Source: a virus (Duplodnaviria > Caudoviricetes). From it: DNA of 64,000 bases. The DNA is taken from positions 1-64,000 of IMG/VR virus record IMGVR_UViG_3300006467_000282; one strand, 5' to 3'. Position 1 is the stretch's first letter. Every line of letters starts with the position of its first letter. The notes under the pieces were generated by a model. That model was given only the letters and a program-made list of their open reading frames with translations. It ran no database searches and had not been told where the DNA came from. This document shows, piece after piece, positions 47,060 to 56,510 of the stretch. Position numbers and translations under genes: made by a program.

Positions 47060-48345
47060 ACGAAACCCTCAGGCATCGAGGAATACGTTCAAGTTATAAA
47101 AAATTAAATGATAATGATTTATATCTCGGCCATACCCGACTTCCAATTCAGGGGGTTGATAAAAGATATGACCAACCATCTGTATATGGAAATTATACAG
47201 CAGCAATGGTTGGAGAATTGTTTAATTTCAGAGCAATGGACCCAAGTGCAAGGACTGATTTATCTGTTTTAATGGATCAATATTCAATGAACGGGTCAAA
47301 TGTATTTATGAATTTTGATGGGTTTTGGTCAGTCATTATTTATAATGAATTTACGGGTTATACTGATATTTTCACAGATCATCTTGCAAAGAAACCCTTA
47401 TACTATAGAACTGATCTGTGCGCATTTGCTTCAGAAATAAAAGCATTAACTGTATTAGGTGAAAATACATTTGATAAAACTTATTTCTCAGCTGTTGCTA
47501 AATGGGGATACTGCCCTGAAGATCGTACACCCTTTAGCGAAATCAAAAAGTTGCCCGGTGGAGCACATATCCAGTTGAATTCTATGGGTTATGTAATTAA
47601 TTCTAAGTCCTATCTAAGTCTATTACCAAGTCCATCCGCAAGTTTAGAACTTATTATGGAAGATGCAGTTCGAAATCGTTTGGTATCTGATGTTCCAGTT
47701 TCCTTGCTCATGAGTGGTGGTTTGGATAGTACAATTATATATTATCTTATGAGAAAACATACAGATTCGATGACTATTTTTCATATAGATAATGATGAAG
47801 CAGAATATTTGAATTATATTGACTTTCGCCCACAAGACAAACTTATTTCCTTATCCATTGATGATACCTTATACGATACAGATGAAGTACTTTGGCATAA
47901 TGATGGACCTGTTGATCTTGGATCGTTAATGCCTCAGTATCTTCTTGCAAAGGAAATTAAAAAACATGGATTTAACGTGTGCTTATCAGGTGATGGTGCT
48001 GATGAATTGTTCGGTGGATATAAAAGGATAACTGAATATGATTCACAGTATTCTGATATATTTCATGAGCTTGCTTATTATCATTTACCAAGGCTGGATA
48101 AAATGATGATGGCTCATACAATTGAATTGCGTTCACCATTTCTTGCCCATTATGTAATTGAACACGCGCTGTCTATGAAGTATGAAGACAGGATTAATAA
48201 AATAGGATTAAAAGAAGCATTCAAACATATTGTTCCTGAAGAAATAGTTAATCGTAAGAAAAAACCATTAAGATATCGTACCGATTGGCGGCACGATTTG
48301 ATTAAACAATATAAAGATCTAATAATCAAGCGAGGTTTAGTATGA
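47011..48345 (+). CDS. asnB: Asparagine-synthetase-like glutamine amidotransferase (class II GATase + PP-loop)
   Basis: N-terminal MCG, HRG, GHTRLPI, MSGGLDS, SGDGADELFGGY, ELRSPFL. Confidence 0.88.
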   Translation: MCGLSYTIGKNNIEKMNETLRHRGIRSSYKKLNDNDLYLGHTRLPIQGVDKRYDQPSVYGNYTAAMVGELFNFRAMDPSARTDLSVLMDQYSMNGSNVFMNFDGFWSVIIYNEFTGYTDIFTDHLAKKPLYYRTDLCAFASEIKALTVLGENTFDKTYFSAVAKWGYCPEDRTPFSEIKKLPGGAHIQLNSMGYVINSKSYLSLLPSPSASLELIMEDAVRNRLVSDVPVSLLMSGGLDSTIIYYLMRKHTDSMTIFHIDNDEAEYLNYIDFRPQDKLISLSIDDTLYDTDEVLWHNDGPVDLGSLMPQYLLAKEIKKHGFNVCLSGDGADELFGGYKRITEYDSQYSDIFHELAYYHLPRLDKMMMAHTIELRSPFLAHYVIEHALSMKYEDRINKIGLKEAFKHIVPEEIVNRKKKPLRYRTDWRHDLIKQYKDLIIKRGLV

Positions 48346-48992
48346 ATGTAAATGATGTAGAAGAAATTGAAATTGAAGGTGATATGCTCGAAGCAATATT
48401 TGCGAAACAGAAATCATTGATGGATAAATATCATGTGATTGAAGAAAAGCAGGGAGTTGGGTATGGAATATTGAAAGGTAATCCTTTTGATATCAATGAA
48501 ATCCGCTCTCAATGTTTGGTAAAAGATTTTGCTTGGCGGTTTACAGAAGAAATTACTGAAGCTTCCGAGGGATTATTGAATGGGGAAACGGCGCATTTTC
48601 TAGAAGAACTTGCTGATGCTCTTCATTTCATAACTGAACTTTGTATTATGGTTGAGATTACTCCGAAAGATCTTATTGGCGAATTCCTCGGTTATAATCC
48701 TGATCAGGATATGTTTTATAAGTTATTTTTTGTTTGTGGTATGCCTAGAAAAGCTCTTCCGGATACATACAAACCAATTTACCATATGGGTTTGGCAATG
48801 AATTGCTTGAAACAAAAACCATGGAAGCAAACACACATTCTTACAGACCAAACTGCTTTTAAAAAACATATAATAGATTCCTACAGAGCTTTTTGTGAAT
48901 ATATGTCCCATTTTGAAGATGACAAAACTATGGCCAGTTATTATTTCAAAAAGAACGTTGTAAATCAATTCCGTCAAGACACACAATACTAA
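48342..48992 (+). CDS. Dimeric all-alpha dUTPase/dCTPase-like pyrophosphatase
   Basis: EEITEA...LEELADALHF...KQKPWKQ. Confidence 0.7.
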   Translation: MNVNDVEEIEIEGDMLEAIFAKQKSLMDKYHVIEEKQGVGYGILKGNPFDINEIRSQCLVKDFAWRFTEEITEASEGLLNGETAHFLEELADALHFITELCIMVEITPKDLIGEFLGYNPDQDMFYKLFFVCGMPRKALPDTYKPIYHMGLAMNCLKQKPWKQTHILTDQTAFKKHIIDSYRAFCEYMSHFEDDKTMASYYFKKNVVNQFRQDTQY

Positions 48993-49002
48993 TGGAGGTA
49001 AT

Positions 49003-49365
49003 ATGGGTTCTGTGATTGCAAGAATAAATGGTAATCGGTGTAAGTTCAATAATAACAAACATTTCGCTTTATATTTAATCGAAATATTGATTTACTCAGT
49101 TTCTCCCTTAGACGTTAAACTTAAAACCCTGGCTGAAATAATGGAAATGTCCGGACATAAAAGACGAATTAAATCCTGGGGTAAGGTTGATACTGATGAA
49201 AAATTTTCTAAATTATATTCAGAAACAATTCTTGCAATGGAAAATCTTTCCCCATTACCCGGTTTCAGTTCTTCAAAACCGAATGCTGTAAAAGCTGGAT
49301 ATAATAACCCGGAAAGAGGTCGGATATCGACTGATTGGACAAAAGATAAGAATCTTAACAAATAA
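49003..49365 (+). CDS. Hypothetical protein
   Basis: 120 aa, GGAGG RBS. Confidence 0.65.
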   Translation: MGSVIARINGNRCKFNNNKHFALYLIEILIYSVSPLDVKLKTLAEIMEMSGHKRRIKSWGKVDTDEKFSKLYSETILAMENLSPLPGFSSSKPNAVKAGYNNPERGRISTDWTKDKNLNK

Positions 49366-49367
49366 AT

Positions 49368-49574
49368 ATGTTTGAAGAGTTTGATAAAATACAGCGTGAA
49401 AATGCAGAGGGTAACACTTGCCGTACATGTAAATATTGTGCTAAATCAAACTTACTTACTAATCATTACTATTATTATTGCCACGTTCTACGATCAAAAA
49501 GAACGCGTTCTAAAATGATGAGAGTTAAACTAAAAGACAGAGCATGCGTAAATTACAAGGAGAAGAAAAAATGA
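49368..49574 (+). CDS. Small Cys-rich protein
   Basis: CRTCKYC...C...AC. Confidence 0.55.
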   Translation: MFEEFDKIQRENAEGNTCRTCKYCAKSNLLTNHYYYYCHVLRSKRTRSKMMRVKLKDRACVNYKEKKK

Positions 49575-50422
49575 CATACGAAATTGAACACGTAAATCTA
49601 AAGAAACAAGAAATTCCAGATGATTATCATTGCGATTGTGACTTTTGCAAAGAATTCGGTGGAGTACTAATTCGTGAAGACGGAACAAAATACAACAAAC
49701 TCGAACGCCGTAAATACTATGATACTGAAAATGAAAAGACTCATATTGCAAAAACACCATTGCACGTTGCTCGCTGGGCAATTCAGGAATATAGCGATGA
49801 AGCTGAAAATGTTCTTGATCCAACAATGGGTGCAGGTACAACTGCAGTAGAAGCTCTTATGCAGAAGAGAAATGCATTCGGAGTTGAAATTCAGTTCATT
49901 GACGTTATTAAAGCTAATATTGCAAAATGTAATCCATATGATATGCATGCAAAAATATATCATGGTGATGCTCGTGGTATTGCAGATTACTTCAGGGGTG
50001 AATCATTTGATTTGATTATTAATAATCCACCATATTCTGGGGATGAAAATCAAACAAGTTTTGGCGGGGATAAACGCAACATGATGGAATACGATAAAAC
50101 CCTGGCTAAGAATCTTGCTTTCATGAAAGAAAATGAGGCGTATTGGGGTACAATGTCAGATATCTATCGGGCTGCAACCAGGAGATTAAAAGTAGGTGGG
50201 CGTCTGGTAATTGGTGTTAAAGATATGGTGAAAAATAAAGCTCCATTCCTGATTCATAAACATTACGGCGAAGGTATAATGCGAATTGAAGATATGAGAT
50301 TTGAAAAAATGGTTCTTCTTCCACATTATCCGACAACACTTTTCATGAATACATACAATAAACGCTTTCCAGATGTCAAAGTTCCACAATACCAAACAAT
50401 ACTTGTGTTTATAAAAGTTTAA
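49571..50422 (+). CDS. SAM-dependent amino (N4-C/N6-A type) methyltransferase
   Basis: VLDPTMGAGTT motif I, then IINNPPY motif IV; RBS favours ATG 49571. Confidence 0.82.
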   Translation: MTYEIEHVNLKKQEIPDDYHCDCDFCKEFGGVLIREDGTKYNKLERRKYYDTENEKTHIAKTPLHVARWAIQEYSDEAENVLDPTMGAGTTAVEALMQKRNAFGVEIQFIDVIKANIAKCNPYDMHAKIYHGDARGIADYFRGESFDLIINNPPYSGDENQTSFGGDKRNMMEYDKTLAKNLAFMKENEAYWGTMSDIYRAATRRLKVGGRLVIGVKDMVKNKAPFLIHKHYGEGIMRIEDMRFEKMVLLPHYPTTLFMNTYNKRFPDVKVPQYQTILVFIKV

Positions 50423-50429
50423 ATAGATA

Positions 50430-50458
50430 TTTACAAAATAATGTTTTTATAATATAAT
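50430..50458 (+). promoter_or_regulatory. Sigma70-type promoter
   Basis: TTTACA-N17-TATAAT. Confidence 0.75.
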
Positions 50459-50485
50459 GTATCATTATTAATTAACGGAGGTACA

Positions 50486-51199
50486 ATGAGAATATTTACA
50501 AATCCAGTAGAAATGGTTAAAGAAGTTGAACGAGATTTATTTGAAATGGGAACTCGTTATCAGTCATCAACAGTGCAGGATCAAGACGTGGCAGATGATC
50601 CTGATTTCCAAACAATGGAATTATGTGGATATGCTTATATGTTGACTGAATTTGATTCAAACAATATGTTTGATATGCTTGATCATTCCGGGAAAATTAA
50701 CGCAGAATGGTTGAACTACGAAGACCAGGAACGTCGATATGGAACTACTGACAGACCACTAAATCCAGGATTAGCTTATACATTTAATGGTGAATTCTGG
50801 GAGAAATTTATTAGAAATGGCGTATTCTCTTATTCATATGCTGAGCGTTTCCAAGCACAACTCCCCTATATTATTCGGGAATTAAAAGCTAAACCGAATA
50901 CTCGCCAAGCAGTTATGACAATGTATGATCGTCACCAAGATATGATGCATTGGGGCGGACGAGATCGTGTTCCTTGCTCATTGACTTATCAGTTTATGTT
51001 GAGAGAAGATAAACTTGTTCTGATTTATAACCAAAGATCTTGTGATTTTGTTAAGTTTTTCCCATCAGATGTTTGGTTAACAGTTAATCTGCTTAAACAT
51101 GTTGCAAGAGAAATTGGTAAAGAACCAGGGCAGTTTATCCATATGCTTGGATCACTCCATGCATTTGCAGGTGATCTTAAAGGTAAAGAGATATTCTGA
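50486..51199 (+). CDS. Thymidylate-synthase homologue, dCMP hydroxymethylase-type
   Basis: RVPC164, QRSCD187, Asp195 at the ThyA Asn177 position, GSLH. Confidence 0.82.
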   Translation: MRIFTNPVEMVKEVERDLFEMGTRYQSSTVQDQDVADDPDFQTMELCGYAYMLTEFDSNNMFDMLDHSGKINAEWLNYEDQERRYGTTDRPLNPGLAYTFNGEFWEKFIRNGVFSYSYAERFQAQLPYIIRELKAKPNTRQAVMTMYDRHQDMMHWGGRDRVPCSLTYQFMLREDKLVLIYNQRSCDFVKFFPSDVWLTVNLLKHVAREIGKEPGQFIHMLGSLHAFAGDLKGKEIF

Positions 51200-51419
51200 T
51201 GAAAAAGAAAGATAGATACTGGGCAGTTTTTTCTCCAACTGGAGCAATGTTTACATCTACAATTAGAAAAAGAGAGGGAGATTGTAAACCTGCCTTTTTT
51301 AAAAACTATATTATGCGCCGGCATGAGTACGATAGTTGTAGTACTCGGGAAGTACTTATCACTGAAATAAAAAAATAAGAATATATTTTAATTTAATTTT
51401 AAAAGCAGAGGAAAGAAGA

Positions 51420-51830
51420 ATGAAAAAAATTAACGTAACGAATGTATTATTTTTATTGGCAATTCTATTTGTATTAAGTATTTTAACCCTCAATGGTTGT
51501 GGAAATGAAGATGCTCGAGTTGCATCCAATAATCTATCAAAAGCTGCAGATATGTTTGAGATTAATAGAAGAGTTGTTTTTTACAACGGCATTACTGATA
51601 AGTATATCTTATCAATTGAAGGACGTTGCGCAGTAGAGTTTTTTCCAAATAAATTTACTGTAACTATAAAAACTGGTCCGAATGAATTCAAAAAGCATTA
51701 CTTGGGAAGAGCTGATAATGTTTTCCCTTTCGTTGAACAACTTGATGCTGTACCAGTGGATGTTTATCATTATAAAGTCATCTTCAAACCACAGTCAATT
51801 ATTCCAGATATAGATATGAAAGTAAAGTAG
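51420..51830 (+). CDS. Putative lipoprotein
   Basis: Signal peptide ending LTLNGC; RRVVFYNGITD...IEGRC...KKHYLG. Confidence 0.65.
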   Translation: MKKINVTNVLFLLAILFVLSILTLNGCGNEDARVASNNLSKAADMFEINRRVVFYNGITDKYILSIEGRCAVEFFPNKFTVTIKTGPNEFKKHYLGRADNVFPFVEQLDAVPVDVYHYKVIFKPQSIIPDIDMKVK

Positions 51831-51868
51831 GGGCTAATAAATTAATTATAATTACAGGAGAGAAACAC

Positions 51869-51906
51869 TAATCCTGAAGGCTTTTCAGTCCCGGTTTTCA
51901 GGATTA
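51869..51906. repeat. Intergenic inverted repeat
   Basis: TAATCCTGAA...TTCAGGATTA. Confidence 0.55.
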
Positions 51907-51930
51907 ATAATCACTAAAGGAAATATAATA

Positions 51931-52254
51931 ATGAAAATGCCAAGAGAAAAACGCAGAAAATCTGAAAATGGATTATGCGCAACAGATCAAATCATGTATA
52001 TGCCACAACATGTTAAAGGTGATGTTGATCATCCAGACGTTGAAATCGGTTTTATTGTCGGAATTACTTATGATCGAACTGAAGCTTTTTGCCGATATTT
52101 CCAAAAGGGAAGTAAGACTGAATTCAGAACAAGAGCAAATAGTGAGTGTACTCCAGTTAATTGCTTAAGTAAATTAGATCATAAAGATCGAATTGACCAA
52201 GAAATCGTGGATGAATGGCTTGAAGATATAGTTAACGGGAGGGATTTACCATGA
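51931..52254 (+). CDS. Hypothetical protein
   Basis: 107 aa. Confidence 0.65.
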   Translation: MKMPREKRRKSENGLCATDQIMYMPQHVKGDVDHPDVEIGFIVGITYDRTEAFCRYFQKGSKTEFRTRANSECTPVNCLSKLDHKDRIDQEIVDEWLEDIVNGRDLP

Positions 52255-52514
52255 CCCATTACTCGGAAGACCCAAGAAGAGTAAGAGTTGATTTCTTTAA
52301 ACCTTCCGGAAAATGGTATGCAACTGAAGCTGTATTATGGACAGGAAGATACGGAGGCAAAGACCAACTAATTCATGACGCATTTAAAACAAGTTTACAA
52401 AAGCATTTCGAAGATCATCCTAACAGCCTAAAAGAAATGGATGCAATTTGTTTAAAACCTTATCATGAAAATGCTCACCCGATTCAAATTAAAGCAGGAG
52501 GATGGAATAAATGA
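52251..52514 (+). CDS. Hypothetical protein
   Basis: 87 aa; VRVDFFKPSGKWY. Confidence 0.7.
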   Translation: MTHYSEDPRRVRVDFFKPSGKWYATEAVLWTGRYGGKDQLIHDAFKTSLQKHFEDHPNSLKEMDAICLKPYHENAHPIQIKAGGWNK

Positions 52515-52747
52515 TGTTAGAATTTTTCATTGGCAATATACAAGAAACTTCCCTTGAAAATACAGCAGGAACAGTATTGAATAGGAAAGCAATAGAAAAT
52601 ATTGTCACAGAAATAATTCGTACAGGAAATATTAGTATTAATTTTATTGATATCCTTATAAATGAAAACGAATCAGATAAAGGTCATCTTGTTAAAGCAT
52701 CTACTTTCAGAAATGAATTAAAAGAATATATAGAGGGAATAGATTAA
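52511..52747 (+). CDS. Hypothetical protein
   Basis: 78 aa, ATGA overlap. Confidence 0.55.
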   Translation: MMLEFFIGNIQETSLENTAGTVLNRKAIENIVTEIIRTGNISINFIDILINENESDKGHLVKASTFRNELKEYIEGID

Positions 52748-53203
52748 ATGAAAAGACCATCGCAAGATAAATATTTCATGTCAATGGCGATGCTTGCTGC
52801 AACACGCTCAAATTGTTATCGTCGGCAAGTAGGTTGTGTAATTATTGATAAAGAAAATCGTGTACTTGCCACAGGCTACAATGGCGTTCCTTCAGGATAT
52901 CCCCACTGCGAAATCGGGGAATGCCCAAGAGATAAACCTGGGGCGGATTTACATTTATGTCTTGCAATACATGCAGAACAGAATGCTCTATTGCAGTGTT
53001 CAGATGTAGATAAGATTCATAAAGTATATGTAACTGATAGTCCGTGTTTGACTTGCACAGTAATGTTGATGAATACTAATTGCAAGCAAATCCTATACAA
53101 CAAGCCATATCCTGGGCATGAAACATCAAAAGATGCGTGGAAGAAACTAAATCGAATCTGGAGACAATATGACTTTCGTTCAAGCACCATTATTCCCAAC
53201 TAA
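52748..53203 (+). CDS. dCMP deaminase
   Basis: RSNCYRRQVGCVI, TGYNG, HAEQNA, PCLTC. Confidence 0.9.
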   Translation: MKRPSQDKYFMSMAMLAATRSNCYRRQVGCVIIDKENRVLATGYNGVPSGYPHCEIGECPRDKPGADLHLCLAIHAEQNALLQCSDVDKIHKVYVTDSPCLTCTVMLMNTNCKQILYNKPYPGHETSKDAWKKLNRIWRQYDFRSSTIIPN

Positions 53204-55184
53204 AGCAAAATGGGAATTGCCCAAGGAATTACCGAATCTATCTGGAGCTAAAGTAATCGGACTCGATACTGAGACACGCGATCCACAGCTTATAGAAAAA
53301 GGTCCGGGGGTAAGACGAGATGGATACCTGGTTGGAATATCAGTTGCAGTTCCAGAAGGTGATACCTGGTATTTGCCATTTGGCCATGCTGAAGGTAAAC
53401 AATTTGAACGTGAAAATGTGTTACGTTGGGCAAAAGATAATCTATGCAATCCAAATCAACCAAAAGTCGGAGCAAATATATTATATGATTTAGATTATCT
53501 ATATCATGCAGGAGTAAAAGTAGCAGGATCTTTCTTTGATATCCAAAATGCAGAACCGTTAATAGATGAAAATGCATATAGTTATTCTCTTGACACTTTA
53601 GCCAGGAAATATTTAGGTGAGAGCAAGCGGGAAGATATCTTAGATGATGTTTGTCGAGATTACGGATTAAAGGGTAAATCTCAAAAGCATTTATGGAGAT
53701 TCGGTGCTGAATATACCGGAACATATGCTGAGGGTGATGCAATCCAAGCTCTGCGAATATTTGAAAAACAGAAACCTGTTATTGCAGCGCAGGGATTAGA
53801 AACAGTGTTTGATATGGAAACACGTCTTATACCAATGCTTTTGCATATGAGACAACTCGGTGTACCAATTGATGTTGATCGATTAATGGGTTTACATGAT
53901 CAAATGACAGGTGAGCTTGATCAGCACAAGCTCGATCTTGATAATATTGCAGGTAGTCATATTGATTACTGGGCAGCAGAGTCAATTGCTAAAGTATTTG
54001 ATAAATCAGGGATTGATTATCCATTAACACCCAAATCTAAAAAGCCATCATTCACAAAAGATTGGCTTGATAATCATGGAAGTGATCTTTCCAGAAAGAT
54101 ATTGAAATGTAGAGAAGTCGACAAATTTGTAGGAACATTTCTTGAAGGTTCACTATTAGAAATGTTAGTTGGGGATCGGATTCATTGTCAATTTAATCAA
54201 TTAAGGTCAGATGAATTTGGAACAGTAACAGGTAGATTCTCATCCTCAAATCCCAACTTACAATTTATTCCTACAAGAACAGCTTTAGGGAAACTTTGCC
54301 GAAAATTATTCATACCAGACGAAGGTTATGGGTGGTGTAAAGCAGATTATTCTCAAATCGAAATAAGAATATTAGCACATTATGCAATGGGGAACGGAGC
54401 AGATGACGTTCGTCAAACTTTTATAGATAATCCCAGAGTCGATTATCACCAATGGTGTGCTGATATTGCAGGAGTTAGTCGTAGTGCTGCAAAGACTATT
54501 AACTTTGGAATTGTTTATGGAATGGGAGCTGAAAAGCTTGGCCGATCATTAGGAATTCCAACACATGAAGCTAAGAAATTCATCGACAACTACTTTATAG
54601 AATTACCTTTTGTAAAACATACTGTAGGTCAAGCAACACAAGCAGCAGAAAAACGTGGATATATTAAAACTATTCTTGGTCGCCGTAGAAGATATGATCT
54701 TTGGGAACCAAATGATTTTGATCTTGGTAAAATAATAAAAGCAGACCGTAGTCCGAAAGTAGTTGAGAAAAGAATAGAAAAATATATCTCAGAAAATAAA
54801 GGTAACCTCGGTAGAAAAGTTCGTCGGGGAGTAAAACGAGCAGGATGCTATCGAGCATTTAATGCTGCTGATCAGGGATCTGCAGCTGATATTATGAAAC
54901 TTGCTTTAGTTGATATTTGGGAAAGTGGAGTCTGCGATGTTATTAAACCATATATAACTGTACACGATGAATTAGATTTTGGTTATCCACTTTCAAAAAT
55001 CGGTAAAGAGGCAATTTATGAAGTTAAACATATCATGGAAGATGTTTATGAACTGAAAGTTCCAATGATCTGCGATATTGAAACCGGCCCGAATTGGGGC
55101 AATGTAAATGAACAGTGGAATTTATGTAATAAATATACTGAGGCAGGTCATAAATTTGCAGTAAAACAAGCGGAGATAGGATAA
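53169..55184 (+). CDS. polA: DNA polymerase family A (3'-5' exonuclease + polymerase)
   Basis: GLDTET, ADYSQIEIRILAH, RSAAKTINFGIVYG (Phe762 type), TVHDEL. Confidence 0.95.
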   Translation: MTFVQAPLFPTKAKWELPKELPNLSGAKVIGLDTETRDPQLIEKGPGVRRDGYLVGISVAVPEGDTWYLPFGHAEGKQFERENVLRWAKDNLCNPNQPKVGANILYDLDYLYHAGVKVAGSFFDIQNAEPLIDENAYSYSLDTLARKYLGESKREDILDDVCRDYGLKGKSQKHLWRFGAEYTGTYAEGDAIQALRIFEKQKPVIAAQGLETVFDMETRLIPMLLHMRQLGVPIDVDRLMGLHDQMTGELDQHKLDLDNIAGSHIDYWAAESIAKVFDKSGIDYPLTPKSKKPSFTKDWLDNHGSDLSRKILKCREVDKFVGTFLEGSLLEMLVGDRIHCQFNQLRSDEFGTVTGRFSSSNPNLQFIPTRTALGKLCRKLFIPDEGYGWCKADYSQIEIRILAHYAMGNGADDVRQTFIDNPRVDYHQWCADIAGVSRSAAKTINFGIVYGMGAEKLGRSLGIPTHEAKKFIDNYFIELPFVKHTVGQATQAAEKRGYIKTILGRRRRYDLWEPNDFDLGKIIKADRSPKVVEKRIEKYISENKGNLGRKVRRGVKRAGCYRAFNAADQGSAADIMKLALVDIWESGVCDVIKPYITVHDELDFGYPLSKIGKEAIYEVKHIMEDVYELKVPMICDIETGPNWGNVNEQWNLCNKYTEAGHKFAVKQAEIG

Positions 55185-55609
55185 TGGAATGCTCATGTAC
55201 TATATCAAACTGGGATTACGATTCTGAGGATCATTGCTATGAAGATTTAATCTTTAAAGAAGATTATCAAGCACCAAGGGAAAGAGAGTGTAATGAATGT
55301 CATGAATTTATGCAGCCAAATGAACCACACTTTTGTCGAACTACAATCTATTTTGATGAAAATGAGAATTTTGAAAGTTTAGATAGATATCGTCATTGTA
55401 ATGAATGTGATGAAATCATTACAATATTCTTCGATGGATATTTTATGGGGATGGCCTGGGAAGATCTAAGAAGAAGTATCTTAGATGAAGAAATTGTTGC
55501 AACTGAATCATGTCTTTCTAAATTATCACCAAAGAATCTTGCTAAGGTCTGCGAAATAGTAGAGGAAATGTGGGAAAATAATTACGATGAGGATGAGAAT
55601 GATTATTAA
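55184..55609 (+). CDS. Cys-rich acidic hypothetical protein
   Basis: CNEC twice. Confidence 0.6.
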   Translation: MECSCTISNWDYDSEDHCYEDLIFKEDYQAPRERECNECHEFMQPNEPHFCRTTIYFDENENFESLDRYRHCNECDEIITIFFDGYFMGMAWEDLRRSILDEEIVATESCLSKLSPKNLAKVCEIVEEMWENNYDEDENDY

Positions 55610-55632
55610 AAAATTAATTAAGGAGAAGAATT

Positions 55633-55857
55633 ATGGGTAAAATGTCAATCATTGATAACACAGGCGATACAAAAGTAATTTGGGACAAAGACAATGCTGA
55701 TGAAGTTGAAGCAGCAGAGGATCAGTTTGATACTTTAATCAATAAAGGTTTTGTAGCTTATGCAGTAACAAAAAGTGGTGAAGCTGGAAAAAAGATTAAA
55801 AAATTTCTTGCTAAAGCTGGTAAAATCATAATGATACCACCAATAGCTGGAGGTTAA
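55633..55857 (+). CDS. Ubiquitin-like (predicted beta-grasp) 74-aa protein ending in Gly-Gly
   Basis: b-b-a-b-b-b sequence pattern, C-terminus IIMIPPIAGG, AAGGAG RBS. Confidence 0.6.
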   Translation: MGKMSIIDNTGDTKVIWDKDNADEVEAAEDQFDTLINKGFVAYAVTKSGEAGKKIKKFLAKAGKIIMIPPIAGG

Positions 55858-55858
55858 T

Positions 55859-56485
55859 ATGACTACTACAGCAACATGTACTATTTCAAGTGATGATTCT
55901 ACTTGGTATACTTGGGCAGATTCAACTGCTACTACTTCAGTTGAAAAGTCTACTTGGACTTCTTGGACAAGCGCAGCTTCAACTACTTCAACAATGCCCG
56001 AAACAACCACTTACACAGATGATGGTGGAACTGTTTGGGTACAGTGGGTAGGAGAACTTACGATTGAAACTTCTGTAGAAGAACCTGATAGATATGACAT
56101 CAGTCATAGAGAAGTTGAAGAGGAATCAGATTACAAAAAAAGAGAAAAAGAAAGAGAAATTGCAGAAGATGTGGCGAAAGAACTTTTACTTGACTTAATT
56201 GGCAAGAAAGAACTTAAAGTTTATGAAGAAACAGGCAGGCTTTTTGTCAAAGGAAAGAAGTTTGATTATATTGTACAAAAAGATTCATTTGTTCAAAAGA
56301 TTGAGAAAGATAAAATTACAGATTTATGCGTACATCTTGATAATAAGTATAAATTTCCAGATACGGATAATGTAGTTGCAATGAAACTACTTCTTGAAAC
56401 AGACGAAGACATTATACTTGATCTTGCAAACGAACATGGATCGGATGATCGACCCGAAAAGTTACCTTTAGCTGCATGTATGTAA
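55859..56485 (+). CDS. Partner of the Gly-Gly protein: WxxW-repeat low-complexity N-terminus and Cys-His C-terminal domain
   Basis: Starts 1 bp after the upstream stop; DLC157VH...FPDTD..VAMKLLLETDE..LDLAN. Confidence 0.6.
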   Translation: MTTTATCTISSDDSTWYTWADSTATTSVEKSTWTSWTSAASTTSTMPETTTYTDDGGTVWVQWVGELTIETSVEEPDRYDISHREVEEESDYKKREKEREIAEDVAKELLLDLIGKKELKVYEETGRLFVKGKKFDYIVQKDSFVQKIEKDKITDLCVHLDNKYKFPDTDNVVAMKLLLETDEDIILDLANEHGSDDRPEKLPLAACM

Positions 56486-56510
56486 TAACCAGATAATAGA
56501 TGAGGGATAA

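Noticed and set aside
47011-48345. QueC (7-deazaguanine) or PurZ (Z-base) pathway
   Set aside because: The protein has an N-terminal class II GATase domain and AsnB motifs; no FolE, QueD, QueE, DpdA or adenylosuccinate-synthetase motifs are seen.
50486-51199. Ordinary thymidylate synthase (thyA)
   Set aside because: Asp rather than Asn at the specificity position, and GSLH rather than the ThyA-type motif.
51199-51372. Small ORF after the TS gene, possibly frameshifted
   Set aside because: Two overlapping short frames with no recognisable motif; I cannot distinguish a real gene from noise.
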